This document shows positions 1 through 8,782 of a stretch of DNA of 39,571 nt, in pieces. Each line of letters begins with the position of its first letter. Positions within the stretch are counted from its first letter, which is position 1. The translations under genes and the position numbers were made by a program. The stretch comes from a candidate division WOR-3 bacterium. GTDB lineage: Bacteria; Hydrothermota; Tepidihabitantia; Tepidihabitantales; CAIPLT01. The stretch covers positions 63,555 to 103,125 of the forward strand of contig CBFGJZ010000002.1 of the NCBI GenBank assembly GCA_965649215.1. The letters are read 5' to 3'. The notes under the pieces were generated by a model. It saw nothing but the letters and a program-made list of their open reading frames with translations, was not told where the DNA came from and searched no databases.

Positions 1-795
1 GATTTCACTTTCTTTAACCATTACCCCATATCGTTCTGCTTCGCGTTTGACGGTTTCAAAAACACGGTATAAGGGAGTTTCTAAGTAGTTAGTCATATTA
101 ATAGAGACCTGCACACAGTTTTTTTCTTTTATTTCAAAACCAAGTGCTTTGACATAACGAAAACCACCGCTGCGAAAACGGATTGCTTTAGCAATTTTTT
201 TAGCAATTGATAAGTCAGTTGTGTTAAGGTTAATATTATAAGCAATCAAGGGAAACCGAGCACCAACCACAACTGCACCAGCTGTGGGATGTAATTCGGC
301 TTTACCAAAATCAGGTTGACGGTTAGGATCGGTTTTGATTAAGGTTTTCAATCCTTCATATTCACCCTTGCGAATATTCGCTAAGTCAATCCGGTCGGGT
401 CGGGTTGCTGCAGCTTCATAGAGATAAACAGGTATTGACAATTCATCAGCAATGCGTTTACCTAATTCTTTTGCTAAGAATACACATTCATCCATTGTCG
501 TATTGGCAATCGGAATAAAAGGAATGACATCGGTAGCACCAATGCGGGGATGTTCACCTTGATGGTTATTTAAGTCAATCAATTCAGTTGCTTTTTGACA
601 ACCACGAAAAGCAGCTTCTAATACGGCTTGGGGTTCGCCGACAAAACTGATAACAGCCCGATTATGGTCGGCGTTCATCTCTTTGTCTAAAAGGACAATT
701 CCTTCGACTGACTGAATAGCATTAGTAATTTGGTCGATTACTTCTTTTCTTCGACCTTCGGAAAAATTTGGAACACATTCAATGATTTTTGCCAT
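1..795 (-). CDS. ftcD: Glutamate formiminotransferase (3' end runs off the window)
   Basis: Not in the ORF track. Manual translation from ATG at 795 gives MAKIIECVPNFSEGRRKEV, followed by DHNRAV, HQGEHPRIGATDVIPF and HPTAGAVVVGAR, all characteristic of formiminotransferases. Confidence 0.93.
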   Translation of the reverse strand, partial: MAKIIECVPNFSEGRRKEVIDQITNAIQSVEGIVLLDKEMNADHNRAVISFVGEPQAVLEAAFRGCQKATELIDLNNHQGEHPRIGATDVIPFIPIANTTMDECVFLAKELGKRIADELSIPVYLYEAAATRPDRIDLANIRKGEYEGLKTLIKTDPNRQPDFGKAELHPTAGAVVVGARFPLIAYNINLNTTDLSIAKKIAKAIRFRSGGFRYVKALGFEIKEKNCVQVSINMTNYLETPLYRVFETVKREAERYGVMVKESEI

Positions 796-814
796 ATTGA
801 GTTCTTAAATAAAT

Positions 815-842
815 ATGATACAGGATATTTATGTTTTGTCAA
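815..842 (-). promoter_or_regulatory. sigma70-type promoter for ftcD
   Basis: Minus strand TTGACA-16 nt-TATCAT, 19 nt upstream of the ATG. Confidence 0.6.
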
Positions 843-889
843 TTATACGCTCAACTAAAAAAAGTTTTATTTTTCTTACTAATAATATA

Positions 890-917
890 TTGACATTTAT
901 AACAATTTGATTAAAAT
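890..917 (+). promoter_or_regulatory. sigma70-type promoter for the tRNA-Ala/pdaD/DHS-like unit
   Basis: TTGACA(890-895)-16 nt-TAAAAT(912-917). Confidence 0.65.
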
Positions 918-955
918 CGTGTTAGGTGAAAAAATTTTCTCAAGAATTTTTTAGT

Positions 956-1028
956 GGGGCAGTAGCTCAGTTGGGAGAGCACTTGAATCGCACTCAAGAG
1001 GTCGCCAGTTCGAATCTGGTCTGCTCCA
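956..1028 (+). tRNA. tRNA-Ala (anticodon CGC)
   Basis: Acceptor GGGGCAG/CTGCTCC with the G3:U70 Ala determinant, anticodon arm CTTGA-ATCGCAC-TCAAG, T-arm GCCAG-TTCGAAT-CTGGT. CCA not encoded. Confidence 0.95.
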
Positions 1029-1059
1029 TTATTGATAATAAAGTAAACAGGATAAATAA

Positions 1060-1605
1060 ATGATATTACCAAAAAGAGTTTTTTTAACCAAAGGCGTGGG
1101 TCGACATAAAGATAAGCTATCTAGTTTTGAAGCCGCTCTCCGCGATGCTGGTATTGAACGTTATAATATTGTGCGAGTTTCAAGTATTTTACCACCAGGT
1201 TGTAAATTTATGCCTCGTAGTAAAGGTTTACAATATCTTACACCCGGTGAAGTTATTTTTTGCGTACTTTCGGAAAATGCAACTAACGAGCCCCATCGTC
1301 TGATTTCTGCCTCGTTGGGGGTTGCGGTGCCCAAAGATTCTAATCAATATGGTTATTTATCAGAATATCATTCTTTTGGTGAGACTGAAGCTAAAGCGGG
1401 TGACTATGCCGAAGATTTAGCAGCTACCATGTTGGCAACTACATTAGGTGTTGAGTTTGATCCTAATGCGAGTTGGGATGAGCGTAAAGAAATTTGGAAA
1501 ATCTCCGGTAAAATCGTACGCACGATGAATATCACCCAGACGGCAATTGGCGATAAGCGTGGCCTTTGGACAACCGTTGTTGCGGGTGCGGTGTTAGTGC
1601 CTTAA
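1060..1605 (+). CDS. pdaD: Pyruvoyl-dependent arginine decarboxylase
   Basis: [25 protein letters not shown] contains the Ser-Ser self-cleavage site; also YGYLSEYH and typical size (181 aa). Confidence 0.9.
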   Translation: MILPKRVFLTKGVGRHKDKLSSFEAALRDAGIERYNIVRVSSILPPGCKFMPRSKGLQYLTPGEVIFCVLSENATNEPHRLISASLGVAVPKDSNQYGYLSEYHSFGETEAKAGDYAEDLAATMLATTLGVEFDPNASWDERKEIWKISGKIVRTMNITQTAIGDKRGLWTTVVAGAVLVP

Positions 1606-1629
1606 AAAGCAGCGCGGTAAATTATTTTA

Positions 1630-2676
1630 ATGCCAATGCAAAATAAAAAGTTTCTAAACCATCCTACTCAGCCTTTTATTGTCAGCGAGAAAAAATCAAT
1701 CCGAACAATCCTCAATGAAATGTCGAAAATATCTTTTCAGGGAAGAAATCTCGCTTTAGCATTTCAAATCTATCAAAAAATGCTTAGGGAAAAGACGTTT
1801 ATTTTCTTAGGGCTTTCAGGAGCAATGGTACCAGCAGGCATGCGTCGAATTATTAGTTATCTTATCAAAAATCGTTATCTCGATTGTATTGTTTCAACCG
1901 GAGCAAATATTTTTCACGATATTCATGAAGCATTGGGTCGATACCATTATTTAGGTTCAAGTAATTGTGATGATCGAGAACTTTATCGCTGTCGCATTGA
2001 TCGAATCTATGATACTTTTGCGAGTGAAGAAGAATTTATTAAAACCGATAACTTTATCTCTAAGTTTGCAGAAAAACTACCTGACCGCTTATACACCACG
2101 CGTGAGTTTTTCTATCTCTTAGGTAAGTATATCAAAAAATATCAACAAACAAAAGGGATAAAGATTACTGATAGTATCATTGTTTCTGCTGCAAAAGCTA
2201 ATGTTCCAATTTATTGTCCGGCTTTAGCGGATTCGTCAATTGGCATTGCATTAGCAGAACTTTTCTATCATAAAAAGAAAAAGATTAAATTTGATATTAT
2301 TAAAGACATCGAAGAGACTGCTTATTTGGCAGCAAGATTTGCGAGCTCTTCAGTTATTTATATTGGTGGTGGGGTACCGAAAAATTTTATTCAACAGACC
2401 GAAGTGACCGCACCTTTTTTGGGTTATCAGGTTAAAGGTCACAAGTATGCGATCCAAATTACGCAAGATTCCCCACATTGGGGCGGTCTTTCAGGTTGTA
2501 CCTTTACAGAGTCTCAATCATGGGGCAAAATTGCACTTGATGCCAAAACCGTCACGCTCTATGCAGAAGCGACCGTGGTTTTACCAATTCTTGTATCTGG
2601 TTTGGCACAAGTTAAAATCAAACGAAAATATATTCCTCATCTTATCATCAATCAAGATACCATTAAAAGTAGATAA
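1630..2676 (+). CDS. Deoxyhypusine synthase-like protein (bacterial DHS/homospermidine-pathway family)
   Basis: Motifs SGAMVPAG, STGAN, RIDRIYD, DSSIG, GGGVPKN and GGLSGCTFTESQSWGK, the last retaining the catalytic Lys. Confidence 0.9.
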   Translation: MPMQNKKFLNHPTQPFIVSEKKSIRTILNEMSKISFQGRNLALAFQIYQKMLREKTFIFLGLSGAMVPAGMRRIISYLIKNRYLDCIVSTGANIFHDIHEALGRYHYLGSSNCDDRELYRCRIDRIYDTFASEEEFIKTDNFISKFAEKLPDRLYTTREFFYLLGKYIKKYQQTKGIKITDSIIVSAAKANVPIYCPALADSSIGIALAELFYHKKKKIKFDIIKDIEETAYLAARFASSSVIYIGGGVPKNFIQQTEVTAPFLGYQVKGHKYAIQITQDSPHWGGLSGCTFTESQSWGKIALDAKTVTLYAEATVVLPILVSGLAQVKIKRKYIPHLIINQDTIKSR

Positions 2677-2682
2677 TACTAA

Positions 2683-2707
2683 GAGCTCCTATACAGTATA
2701 GGGGCTC
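2683..2707. terminator. Hairpin after the DHS-like gene (possible terminator or stabiliser)
   Basis: GAGCTCCTATAC-A-GTATAGGGGCTC inverted repeat. No clear U-tract. Confidence 0.4.
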
Positions 2708-2987
2708 GCCAGTGTTTCGGGTTTGGCAAAGCTGATGTTTGTCGTTAGTGGGTTGAGATAACCGCTTAGTGGCGAGCCTTAGAAGTTGGCATTGTAAAGA
2801 GAAATTGGTAGTCATAGAAAGTGTAAAATAAAAACTGAAGCGATAATTGCTTCGGGCGTAATCTATAATTATCGTAATATGATTTAGCGCACCTTATGAA
2901 GAGGAAAAGATGATGAAATTGTTTGAATATTTGAGATAATATCTGCTCAGTTGTATATTATTCATAAAATTAAATGGTTATATTGGG

Positions 2988-4199
2988 TTAATATGTTTTT
3001 ACAATTTTGATCTCAGCATAATAGTGTTTGAGAATATCTTGATAAGATTTTTTTTGGCGCGCCATTTCTAATGCACCATATTGACATAAACCAATGCCAT
3101 GTCCCCAACCAAACCCATTGATCTCGACAGTATCTTTGGTCATTTTTAAAGTAAATTGAGTAGATTTAAGGTTTAACGCTTTGCGAATTGCATCACCGCT
3201 TATCTTGTATTCGGTTAAACCAGTGAAGTGCAGATGTTCAACTCTTCTCGTAGTTTTATTAATATCCAGTTTGGGTATGAAATCAAATTTATATTTAACA
3301 TTAGCCAAGTTAAGCAGGGTGTCCTGAAATTGTTGACGAGTAAATTTAGTGGTCCATTGAAAATGTGGAGAGTTTTGACAATATGGTTTTTGTTTACTAG
3401 AATGATGAGGTGCGTCAATGATTGAGCGTAAATATGGGTATCGGCCATTTGTTGTCACTCCCCCACAACAAGCGTGATATTGGGCTAAAATTACTTCGTC
3501 TTGGTACTTTATTATTTCTCCCCGAGTTAAGTTAACAGCTTGCATTGCTAATGGATATTCCCGTAAAAGCCCTTTATATTCCTGATCATAGAGATATGAG
3601 TTGTAGATATCAAAATCTTTACGCTTGCCCAATAAAGTCATTGTATAACTGCGAGCAGCGACGGCTTGGGCTTTGAGCGCTTCGATTTCAATCTCTTTAG
3701 CCATACCCATTTCACAGCTGACCACACCATATAGATATTTTTCTAAAGATACGATGTTAATGGCAGTCAGTTTTTTCTTAACGGCAAAGCGATGGATGAC
3801 ATTTTTTTTAATCACAATCCGATTATGATATGGCGTCATATTTTGTAAGCTATAACCAATTGAGATTTCGGTGGGGCTTTCGAAGATAATTTGGTCCGGA
3901 CTACTTAATAGTCGTTGTTGGTTTGATTTTAAGATTAAAATACTGTCTTTATGATATATAACTACTAAATTAGTGTGAGCACTAAGAGTTGTTGCTTTGC
4001 CTTGCGAGATGGCTGAGTAAAGATTTTTACTAAAGACATAAATCGTATCTGTATCCCATAAGACTGCGATCGATACTTTTGGCTCAGCGATGGGAGCGAC
4101 AACTTCCGGCGGGCTTGTAATTGGGGTTCGGATGCGAAGACAACAACTGACTAGGACGCACCATAAAATACCAAAGGTTAATTTTAGAAAAAGACGCAA
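2988..4199 (-). CDS. SpoIID/LytB-domain peptidoglycan lytic transglycosylase, probably exported (possible lipoprotein)
   Basis: LEKYLYGVVSCEM, EALKAQAVAARSY, YHACCGG, GFGWGHGIGLCQYGA and YQDILKHYY motifs; hydrophobic N-terminus ending VSCC. Confidence 0.9.
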   Translation of the reverse strand: MRLFLKLTFGILWCVLVSCCLRIRTPITSPPEVVAPIAEPKVSIAVLWDTDTIYVFSKNLYSAISQGKATTLSAHTNLVVIYHKDSILILKSNQQRLLSSPDQIIFESPTEISIGYSLQNMTPYHNRIVIKKNVIHRFAVKKKLTAINIVSLEKYLYGVVSCEMGMAKEIEIEALKAQAVAARSYTMTLLGKRKDFDIYNSYLYDQEYKGLLREYPLAMQAVNLTRGEIIKYQDEVILAQYHACCGGVTTNGRYPYLRSIIDAPHHSSKQKPYCQNSPHFQWTTKFTRQQFQDTLLNLANVKYKFDFIPKLDINKTTRRVEHLHFTGLTEYKISGDAIRKALNLKSTQFTLKMTKDTVEINGFGWGHGIGLCQYGALEMARQKKSYQDILKHYYAEIKIVKTY

Positions 4200-4202
4200 C
4201 TT

Positions 4203-5465
4203 TTATTTCTTTAGTTTTAGTTTTGCTGTAAGAATACGATCTGATGAGAATATCTTTGCTGCAATGAGAGTGATAACAATTGCAAATAAAACCATATAGA
4301 GCATCCCGCCAATAATTATTAACAATTGATTAAAAAATACAGCTTGCGTCATAATAAAAGGATAAGTAAAAGGGTTAAGATAGAGAACTATTTGTAAAAT
4401 CGGGGATAATGATTTAATATCTGACATCAGGACGATAAGATATGGAAATAAAGCTAAGATATTTATAGGTGTGATAATGACTTGGGCTTGTTTAGCGTCG
4501 CTGGCAAAGATTGTTAAAAGTGTTGCTAAACTAGCTGCACAAATAATCGCTAAAAATAACGACAGCGCTAATATCCCATACAAGGTAGTTTGATTGGGAG
4601 CGGTGTTTACGAGATTCAATAAGTTAGGAGCCGATGACGGCGAATACATATTCATGGGGGTTAAATAGAAGCGAATACCAATTATGAATACCACTGATAA
4701 AAGAATCGCGACAAAGCCAGCTCCAAACATTTTACCAAGGAGAATTTTAAAGCGGCTAACTGGGAATGTTAAAAGCGTTTCTAAGGTCTTATTTTCTTTT
4801 TCCTGTCCCATTGCTGCACCGATCATCTGACTGATATAGATAATCACCATCAATAAAATTATCGGAATAAAGATAGTCTGCACGCGAATTGCATTTTTGA
4901 GTTGAACTGGGTCGGCTTGGATAAGTTGTTCTTTGATTTGAACATAATTGGTTAGTTGTAGGGGTTGTTTAATAGAAATAATCGGAATGTTGGGATTTGC
5001 TCGTCGAATGAGTAATGAACTGATGCTGTCATTAAAAAGATTTAATGCGTTTCTAAGCGTCGCGATACCGATGTCATCAAAAGGTGATAAGTTATTGATT
5101 AGTGAATATAATTGGATAGTGGGACGGTTAAAAGATTTTAATTCTGCTTCTAACCCCAAAGGTATGACTACGATATTGTTTATTTTTTCAATTTTAGCCT
5201 GGCTAAGGATTGTTTTGAGATCTTTATTAGATTCATTAACAATAAAGTTATGCTTTTTGAGATAATAAATAAAATTTTGACTAGTTTCGGTTTGGTCATT
5301 GTCAATAAGGTAGATTGGTGTTGGTTTTTGTGCTTTTTGCATTTCACCTTTCATCAGACGACCAATAAACGAAAAGAAAAAAACCATTATGACGATTGGA
5401 ATTAAAAGGGTCATCGTCAGTAATTCTTTAATTTCTTTTTTAATAAGCACTATAATCTGCTTCAT
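4203..5465 (-). CDS. ABC-2 type exporter permease (NatB-like)
   Basis: N-terminal TM, periplasmic loop, EKENKTLETLLTFPVSR..ILLGK motif and several C-terminal TMs. Confidence 0.88.
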   Translation of the reverse strand: MKQIIVLIKKEIKELLTMTLLIPIVIMVFFFSFIGRLMKGEMQKAQKPTPIYLIDNDQTETSQNFIYYLKKHNFIVNESNKDLKTILSQAKIEKINNIVVIPLGLEAELKSFNRPTIQLYSLINNLSPFDDIGIATLRNALNLFNDSISSLLIRRANPNIPIISIKQPLQLTNYVQIKEQLIQADPVQLKNAIRVQTIFIPIILLMVIIYISQMIGAAMGQEKENKTLETLLTFPVSRFKILLGKMFGAGFVAILLSVVFIIGIRFYLTPMNMYSPSSAPNLLNLVNTAPNQTTLYGILALSLFLAIICAASLATLLTIFASDAKQAQVIITPINILALFPYLIVLMSDIKSLSPILQIVLYLNPFTYPFIMTQAVFFNQLLIIIGGMLYMVLFAIVITLIAAKIFSSDRILTAKLKLKK

Positions 5466-6184
5466 TGCGTTGCTCCAAAAAAGATCTCTTCGAGATTGCG
5501 GGCATGATATTTTTCTTTAAGTTCACTCACAACACCACTTTCAATAACCCTCCCTTGTTTGAGGAGCGCAACCCGGTCAGAGAGAAATTCGATTTCGAGC
5601 ATATTATGAGATGATAAAAGAACGGTGCCGCCCCGAGCAACGAATTGTTTAATGATTTTACGAATTTCAAGCGAATTGATAACATCTAAACCGACTGTTG
5701 GTTCGTCTAATATAGCAAGACGGGGGTTCGTCATTAAGGCACGGGCTAAAAGTAGTTTCCTGGCCATTCCTTTGCTGTAGGTTTTAACTTTGTGTTTAAG
5801 ACGCTCGCCTAGACTTGCGATTTCAACTGCTTGGTCAATAAACTCTTTTCGCTCACTTTGATTAGAAGAATATAAATCAGCAATGAATTTAAGATAATCC
5901 AAACCGCTTAGGTTTTTATAGGCACCGGCCTCTTCTGGTAAATAGCTGATTAATCTTCTTATTTTGTTCGGCTCTTTTACAACGTCGATGTCGTATATTT
6001 GAACCTTACCTTGATCGGGTTTGAGTAAGGTTGCTAAAATTCTTAAGGTAGTAGTCTTCCCCGACCCATTTGGGCCAATGAGACCAAAGATTTCACCTTG
6101 ATTAATTTCAAACGAGACATTTTGTAATGCCACTAAATTACCATAACTTTTAGATAATCCTTGAACCAGACATGCTTTCGTCAT
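5462..6184 (-). CDS. ABC exporter ATP-binding subunit (NatA-like)
   Basis: Walker A GPNGSGKTT, signature YSKGM, Walker B ILDEPT, SSH switch. Overlaps the permease start by 4 nt. Confidence 0.95.
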   Translation of the reverse strand: MTKACLVQGLSKSYGNLVALQNVSFEINQGEIFGLIGPNGSGKTTTLRILATLLKPDQGKVQIYDIDVVKEPNKIRRLISYLPEEAGAYKNLSGLDYLKFIADLYSSNQSERKEFIDQAVEIASLGERLKHKVKTYSKGMARKLLLARALMTNPRLAILDEPTVGLDVINSLEIRKIIKQFVARGGTVLLSSHNMLEIEFLSDRVALLKQGRVIESGVVSELKEKYHARNLEEIFFGATQ

Positions 6185-6193
6185 TAATAATTC

Positions 6194-6221
6194 AGTATAA
6201 TTTGCGTAGTGGATATGTCAA
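6194..6221 (-). promoter_or_regulatory. Promoter for the ABC/SpoIID operon
   Basis: Minus strand TTGACA-16 nt-TATACT, 9 nt before the ATG, no SD. Confidence 0.65.
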
Positions 6222-6237
6222 TATTAATGATAAACTC

Positions 6238-6266
6238 TTTACAAGGTGCTTTTTTTTAGTGATAAT
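6238..6266 (+). promoter_or_regulatory. Promoter for rbfA-truB-ribF
   Basis: TTTACA-17 nt-GATAAT, 5 nt before the ATG, no SD. Confidence 0.5.
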
Positions 6267-6271
6267 AAAAT

Positions 6272-6628
6272 ATGCCATACCGAGAACAGAAGATAGCCGA
6301 AGCGATAAAAAGTGCCGTGGGAGAGATAATCTTGGAAGATTTAGCTGATCCCAATCTTGGTTTTGTATCAATTACCGCCATTAAACTTGCGAATGATTAT
6401 AAACAGGCAACTCTTTATTTCACTGCTTTTGGAGAAAAAGCCGATTTGCAAATAATTCTAAGTCATCTTAACCATGCCAAAAATTTTATTAAGCAACGGC
6501 TAAAGTATAAAGTTAAGTTGCGATATTTACCCGAATTAATTTTTGAAATTGACCGTCTCATTGAAACCGAACGAAAAATCGGTACGATGCTTGATCAATT
6601 AAAGCATTCAGACGATAAAGGGTTGTGA
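6272..6628 (+). CDS. rbfA: Ribosome-binding factor A
   Basis: DPNLGFVSIT and LRYLPELIFEID motifs; immediately upstream of truB. Confidence 0.93.
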   Translation: MPYREQKIAEAIKSAVGEIILEDLADPNLGFVSITAIKLANDYKQATLYFTAFGEKADLQIILSHLNHAKNFIKQRLKYKVKLRYLPELIFEIDRLIETERKIGTMLDQLKHSDDKGL

Positions 6629-7506
6629 TTTTACGCGGGGTCTTACCAATAAATAAACCAAAAGGGCTTTCATCTTATGATTGTATTAGAAAAATAAAAA
6701 TAGTTTTTCCGAATACAAAATTAGGACATGCTGGTACTTTAGATCCTCTGGCAAGCGGATTGTTATTAATTCTCTTTAACGAAGCTAATAAAATTGCTCA
6801 ATATTTAATGAATCAAGATAAGGAATATGTTGCGGTAATCGAATTGGGCAAACAAACGGATACGGATGATATTTCAGGTCAAGTGATTAGTCAAAGATCA
6901 TACCTCTCAATTAAACAAAATAAATTAGTGGAAATTTTACAAGGATTTTTAGGTAAACAAACTCAAATCCCACCTAAGTTTTCGGCGCTTAAACAAAATG
7001 GCCAACGAAGTTATATTTTAGCACGTCAGGGTTTTGACTTTACACCAAAGGCAAGAAAAATTGAGATTAAAGAAATCGAATTATTGGATTTTAATTTGCC
7101 ATTCATCACAATTAGAACATTAGTATCAAAAGGTACATATATAAGAGCGTTAGCCCGAGATATTGGTGAGCATTTAGGATGTGGCGGTACTTTAGCAGAT
7201 TTAATAAGAACTAAAATCGGAAGGTTTGAGCTAAATAAAGCAATTGATTTATCAGCAATCCAAGTGGAAACTATTGATTCGTATTTACAACTCATTAATG
7301 ATGTCCTTGTTGATATTCCAAGTATCATTGTAAACGAAAAAGATCTTACAAAACTCTTAACAGGACAGGCGCTTAAATGGTATCAAAATTGGCAGGTTAC
7401 TAGTGCGCTGTTAAGAGTCATTGATGAAAAAAATCGGGCATTGATTTTAGCTAAATATCACGATGATAAGATTTATCCCGAACGAGTAATTTATGCGGAT
7501 TTATAA
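6625..7506 (+). CDS. truB: tRNA pseudouridine(55) synthase
   Basis: INKPKG, GHAGTLDPLASG, QIPPKFSALK and SKGTYIRALARDIG motifs. GTG start overlaps the rbfA stop. Confidence 0.96.
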   Translation: MILRGVLPINKPKGLSSYDCIRKIKIVFPNTKLGHAGTLDPLASGLLLILFNEANKIAQYLMNQDKEYVAVIELGKQTDTDDISGQVISQRSYLSIKQNKLVEILQGFLGKQTQIPPKFSALKQNGQRSYILARQGFDFTPKARKIEIKEIELLDFNLPFITIRTLVSKGTYIRALARDIGEHLGCGGTLADLIRTKIGRFELNKAIDLSAIQVETIDSYLQLINDVLVDIPSIIVNEKDLTKLLTGQALKWYQNWQVTSALLRVIDEKNRALILAKYHDDKIYPERVIYADL

Positions 7507-8458
7507 AATCAAACCGGATCATAAATACGAAAACCTAACCGGAGCGGTGATCGCTTTAGGAAGTTTTGATGGGCTACATCGGGGACATCAAAAGATAATA
7601 ACAAGTGCAATTAAGTTTGCGCGCTCGATACAGCATCAAGCAGGGATTATTACTTATCAACCCATTCCACAAGTTCTCTTATATCCCGATTTTCATTTTC
7701 TTTTAACAACGGATCAGGAGAAAAAAGATTTGTTACGAAAGTTAAATATTGATTTTATCGGATTTGTAAATTTTACTAAAAAATTACAACAGTTAGAGGC
7801 GGAACAATTTATAACTGATTATATTGTAAAAACGATAAATCCTTTAATGATTGTAGTAGGAGTTGACCATCATTTTGGTAAAGAACATAAAGGAAATGTT
7901 ATTTTATTAAAGAAACTCGGTAAAAAGTATAATTTTAAAGTGAAAGTTATTTCTAACCTAAAATATTATGGGGCGTCAATTAAATCAACTCGGATTCGAG
8001 AATTGTTAATTTTAGGTAATATCAAAAGAGCCAATGAACTTTTAGGCCATCCTTACTCATTAACAGGTAAGGTAATTAAAGGCAAGGGATTAGCCAAGAC
8101 ACTTGGTTTTCCAACCCTGAATTTGAGTGTTTTAGACAAAAGGAAATTAATCCCAGCTGACGGTGTTTATCAGGTTTATGCCAAATTTCAAGGTAAACAA
8201 TATAATGGCGTTATGAATATTGGATTTGCACCAACCATTGCTGATAAATTAAATCAATATTCCCAACGTTCGATTGAAGTCCATTTGTTTGATTTTTTAC
8301 AAACCAAAGAATATTCTTTGAATAAAATCATTACTGTTCAATTAATTAATAGGCTACGCGCGGAAAAGAAATTTGATAATTTAGAAGAATTAAAAAAACA
8401 AATTGCGTTAGACATTGAATGTGCGAAAAAACTTTTTTATGAATTCAATAAATATTAA
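7493..8458 (+). CDS. ribF: Bifunctional riboflavin kinase/FAD synthetase
   Basis: GSFDGLHRGHQ, STRIR, LGFPTLN, GVMNIGFAPT, IEVHLFDF and LRAEKKF motifs. Confidence 0.96.
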   Translation: MRIYKIKPDHKYENLTGAVIALGSFDGLHRGHQKIITSAIKFARSIQHQAGIITYQPIPQVLLYPDFHFLLTTDQEKKDLLRKLNIDFIGFVNFTKKLQQLEAEQFITDYIVKTINPLMIVVGVDHHFGKEHKGNVILLKKLGKKYNFKVKVISNLKYYGASIKSTRIRELLILGNIKRANELLGHPYSLTGKVIKGKGLAKTLGFPTLNLSVLDKRKLIPADGVYQVYAKFQGKQYNGVMNIGFAPTIADKLNQYSQRSIEVHLFDFLQTKEYSLNKIITVQLINRLRAEKKFDNLEELKKQIALDIECAKKLFYEFNKY

Positions 8459-8466
8459 ACGGGAAT

Positions 8467-8565
8467 TTAAAATAAACGGGGAAGTACAATATCAGAATTG
8501 AAATTTTTTTGGTGGGGAAAATGGGGTATAGGGTATTTAATGGCTGAGTATTGTACTTCCCACAT
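8467..8565 (-). other. Candidate small transcript: structured sRNA and/or leaderless 32-aa ORF (MWEVQYSAIKYPIPHFPHQKNFNSDIVLPRLF)
   Basis: Lies directly downstream of a perfect promoter. The ends pair as a ~17-bp stem (8479-8495 with 8544-8561). Confidence 0.4.
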
Positions 8566-8572
8566 ATAAATA

Positions 8573-8600
8573 ATTATAATATTTCATAAAATTTTGTCAA
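8573..8600 (-). promoter_or_regulatory. Perfect-consensus promoter with no annotated downstream gene
   Basis: Minus strand TTGACA-16 nt-TATAAT. Confidence 0.6.
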
Positions 8601-8782
8601 GTATTATTTTTGAGAAGTAGAAAATAATCAATGGTTTACAAAATACCAGCAAACTCAATACAGATATAGGTTGTATGGTTTTAGTAGTTTTGTATTAAAG
8701 GTTTTTGTAAATAATGATGAATTAATTTGTTGGGGGGGGTGAAAAAATCAATAAAAATAACAATATACAGTGATTTTAATTA

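Noticed and set aside
8732-8739. G8 homopolymer as a phase-variation tract
   Set aside because: It lies downstream of the CTD gene and outside any identified promoter or CDS.
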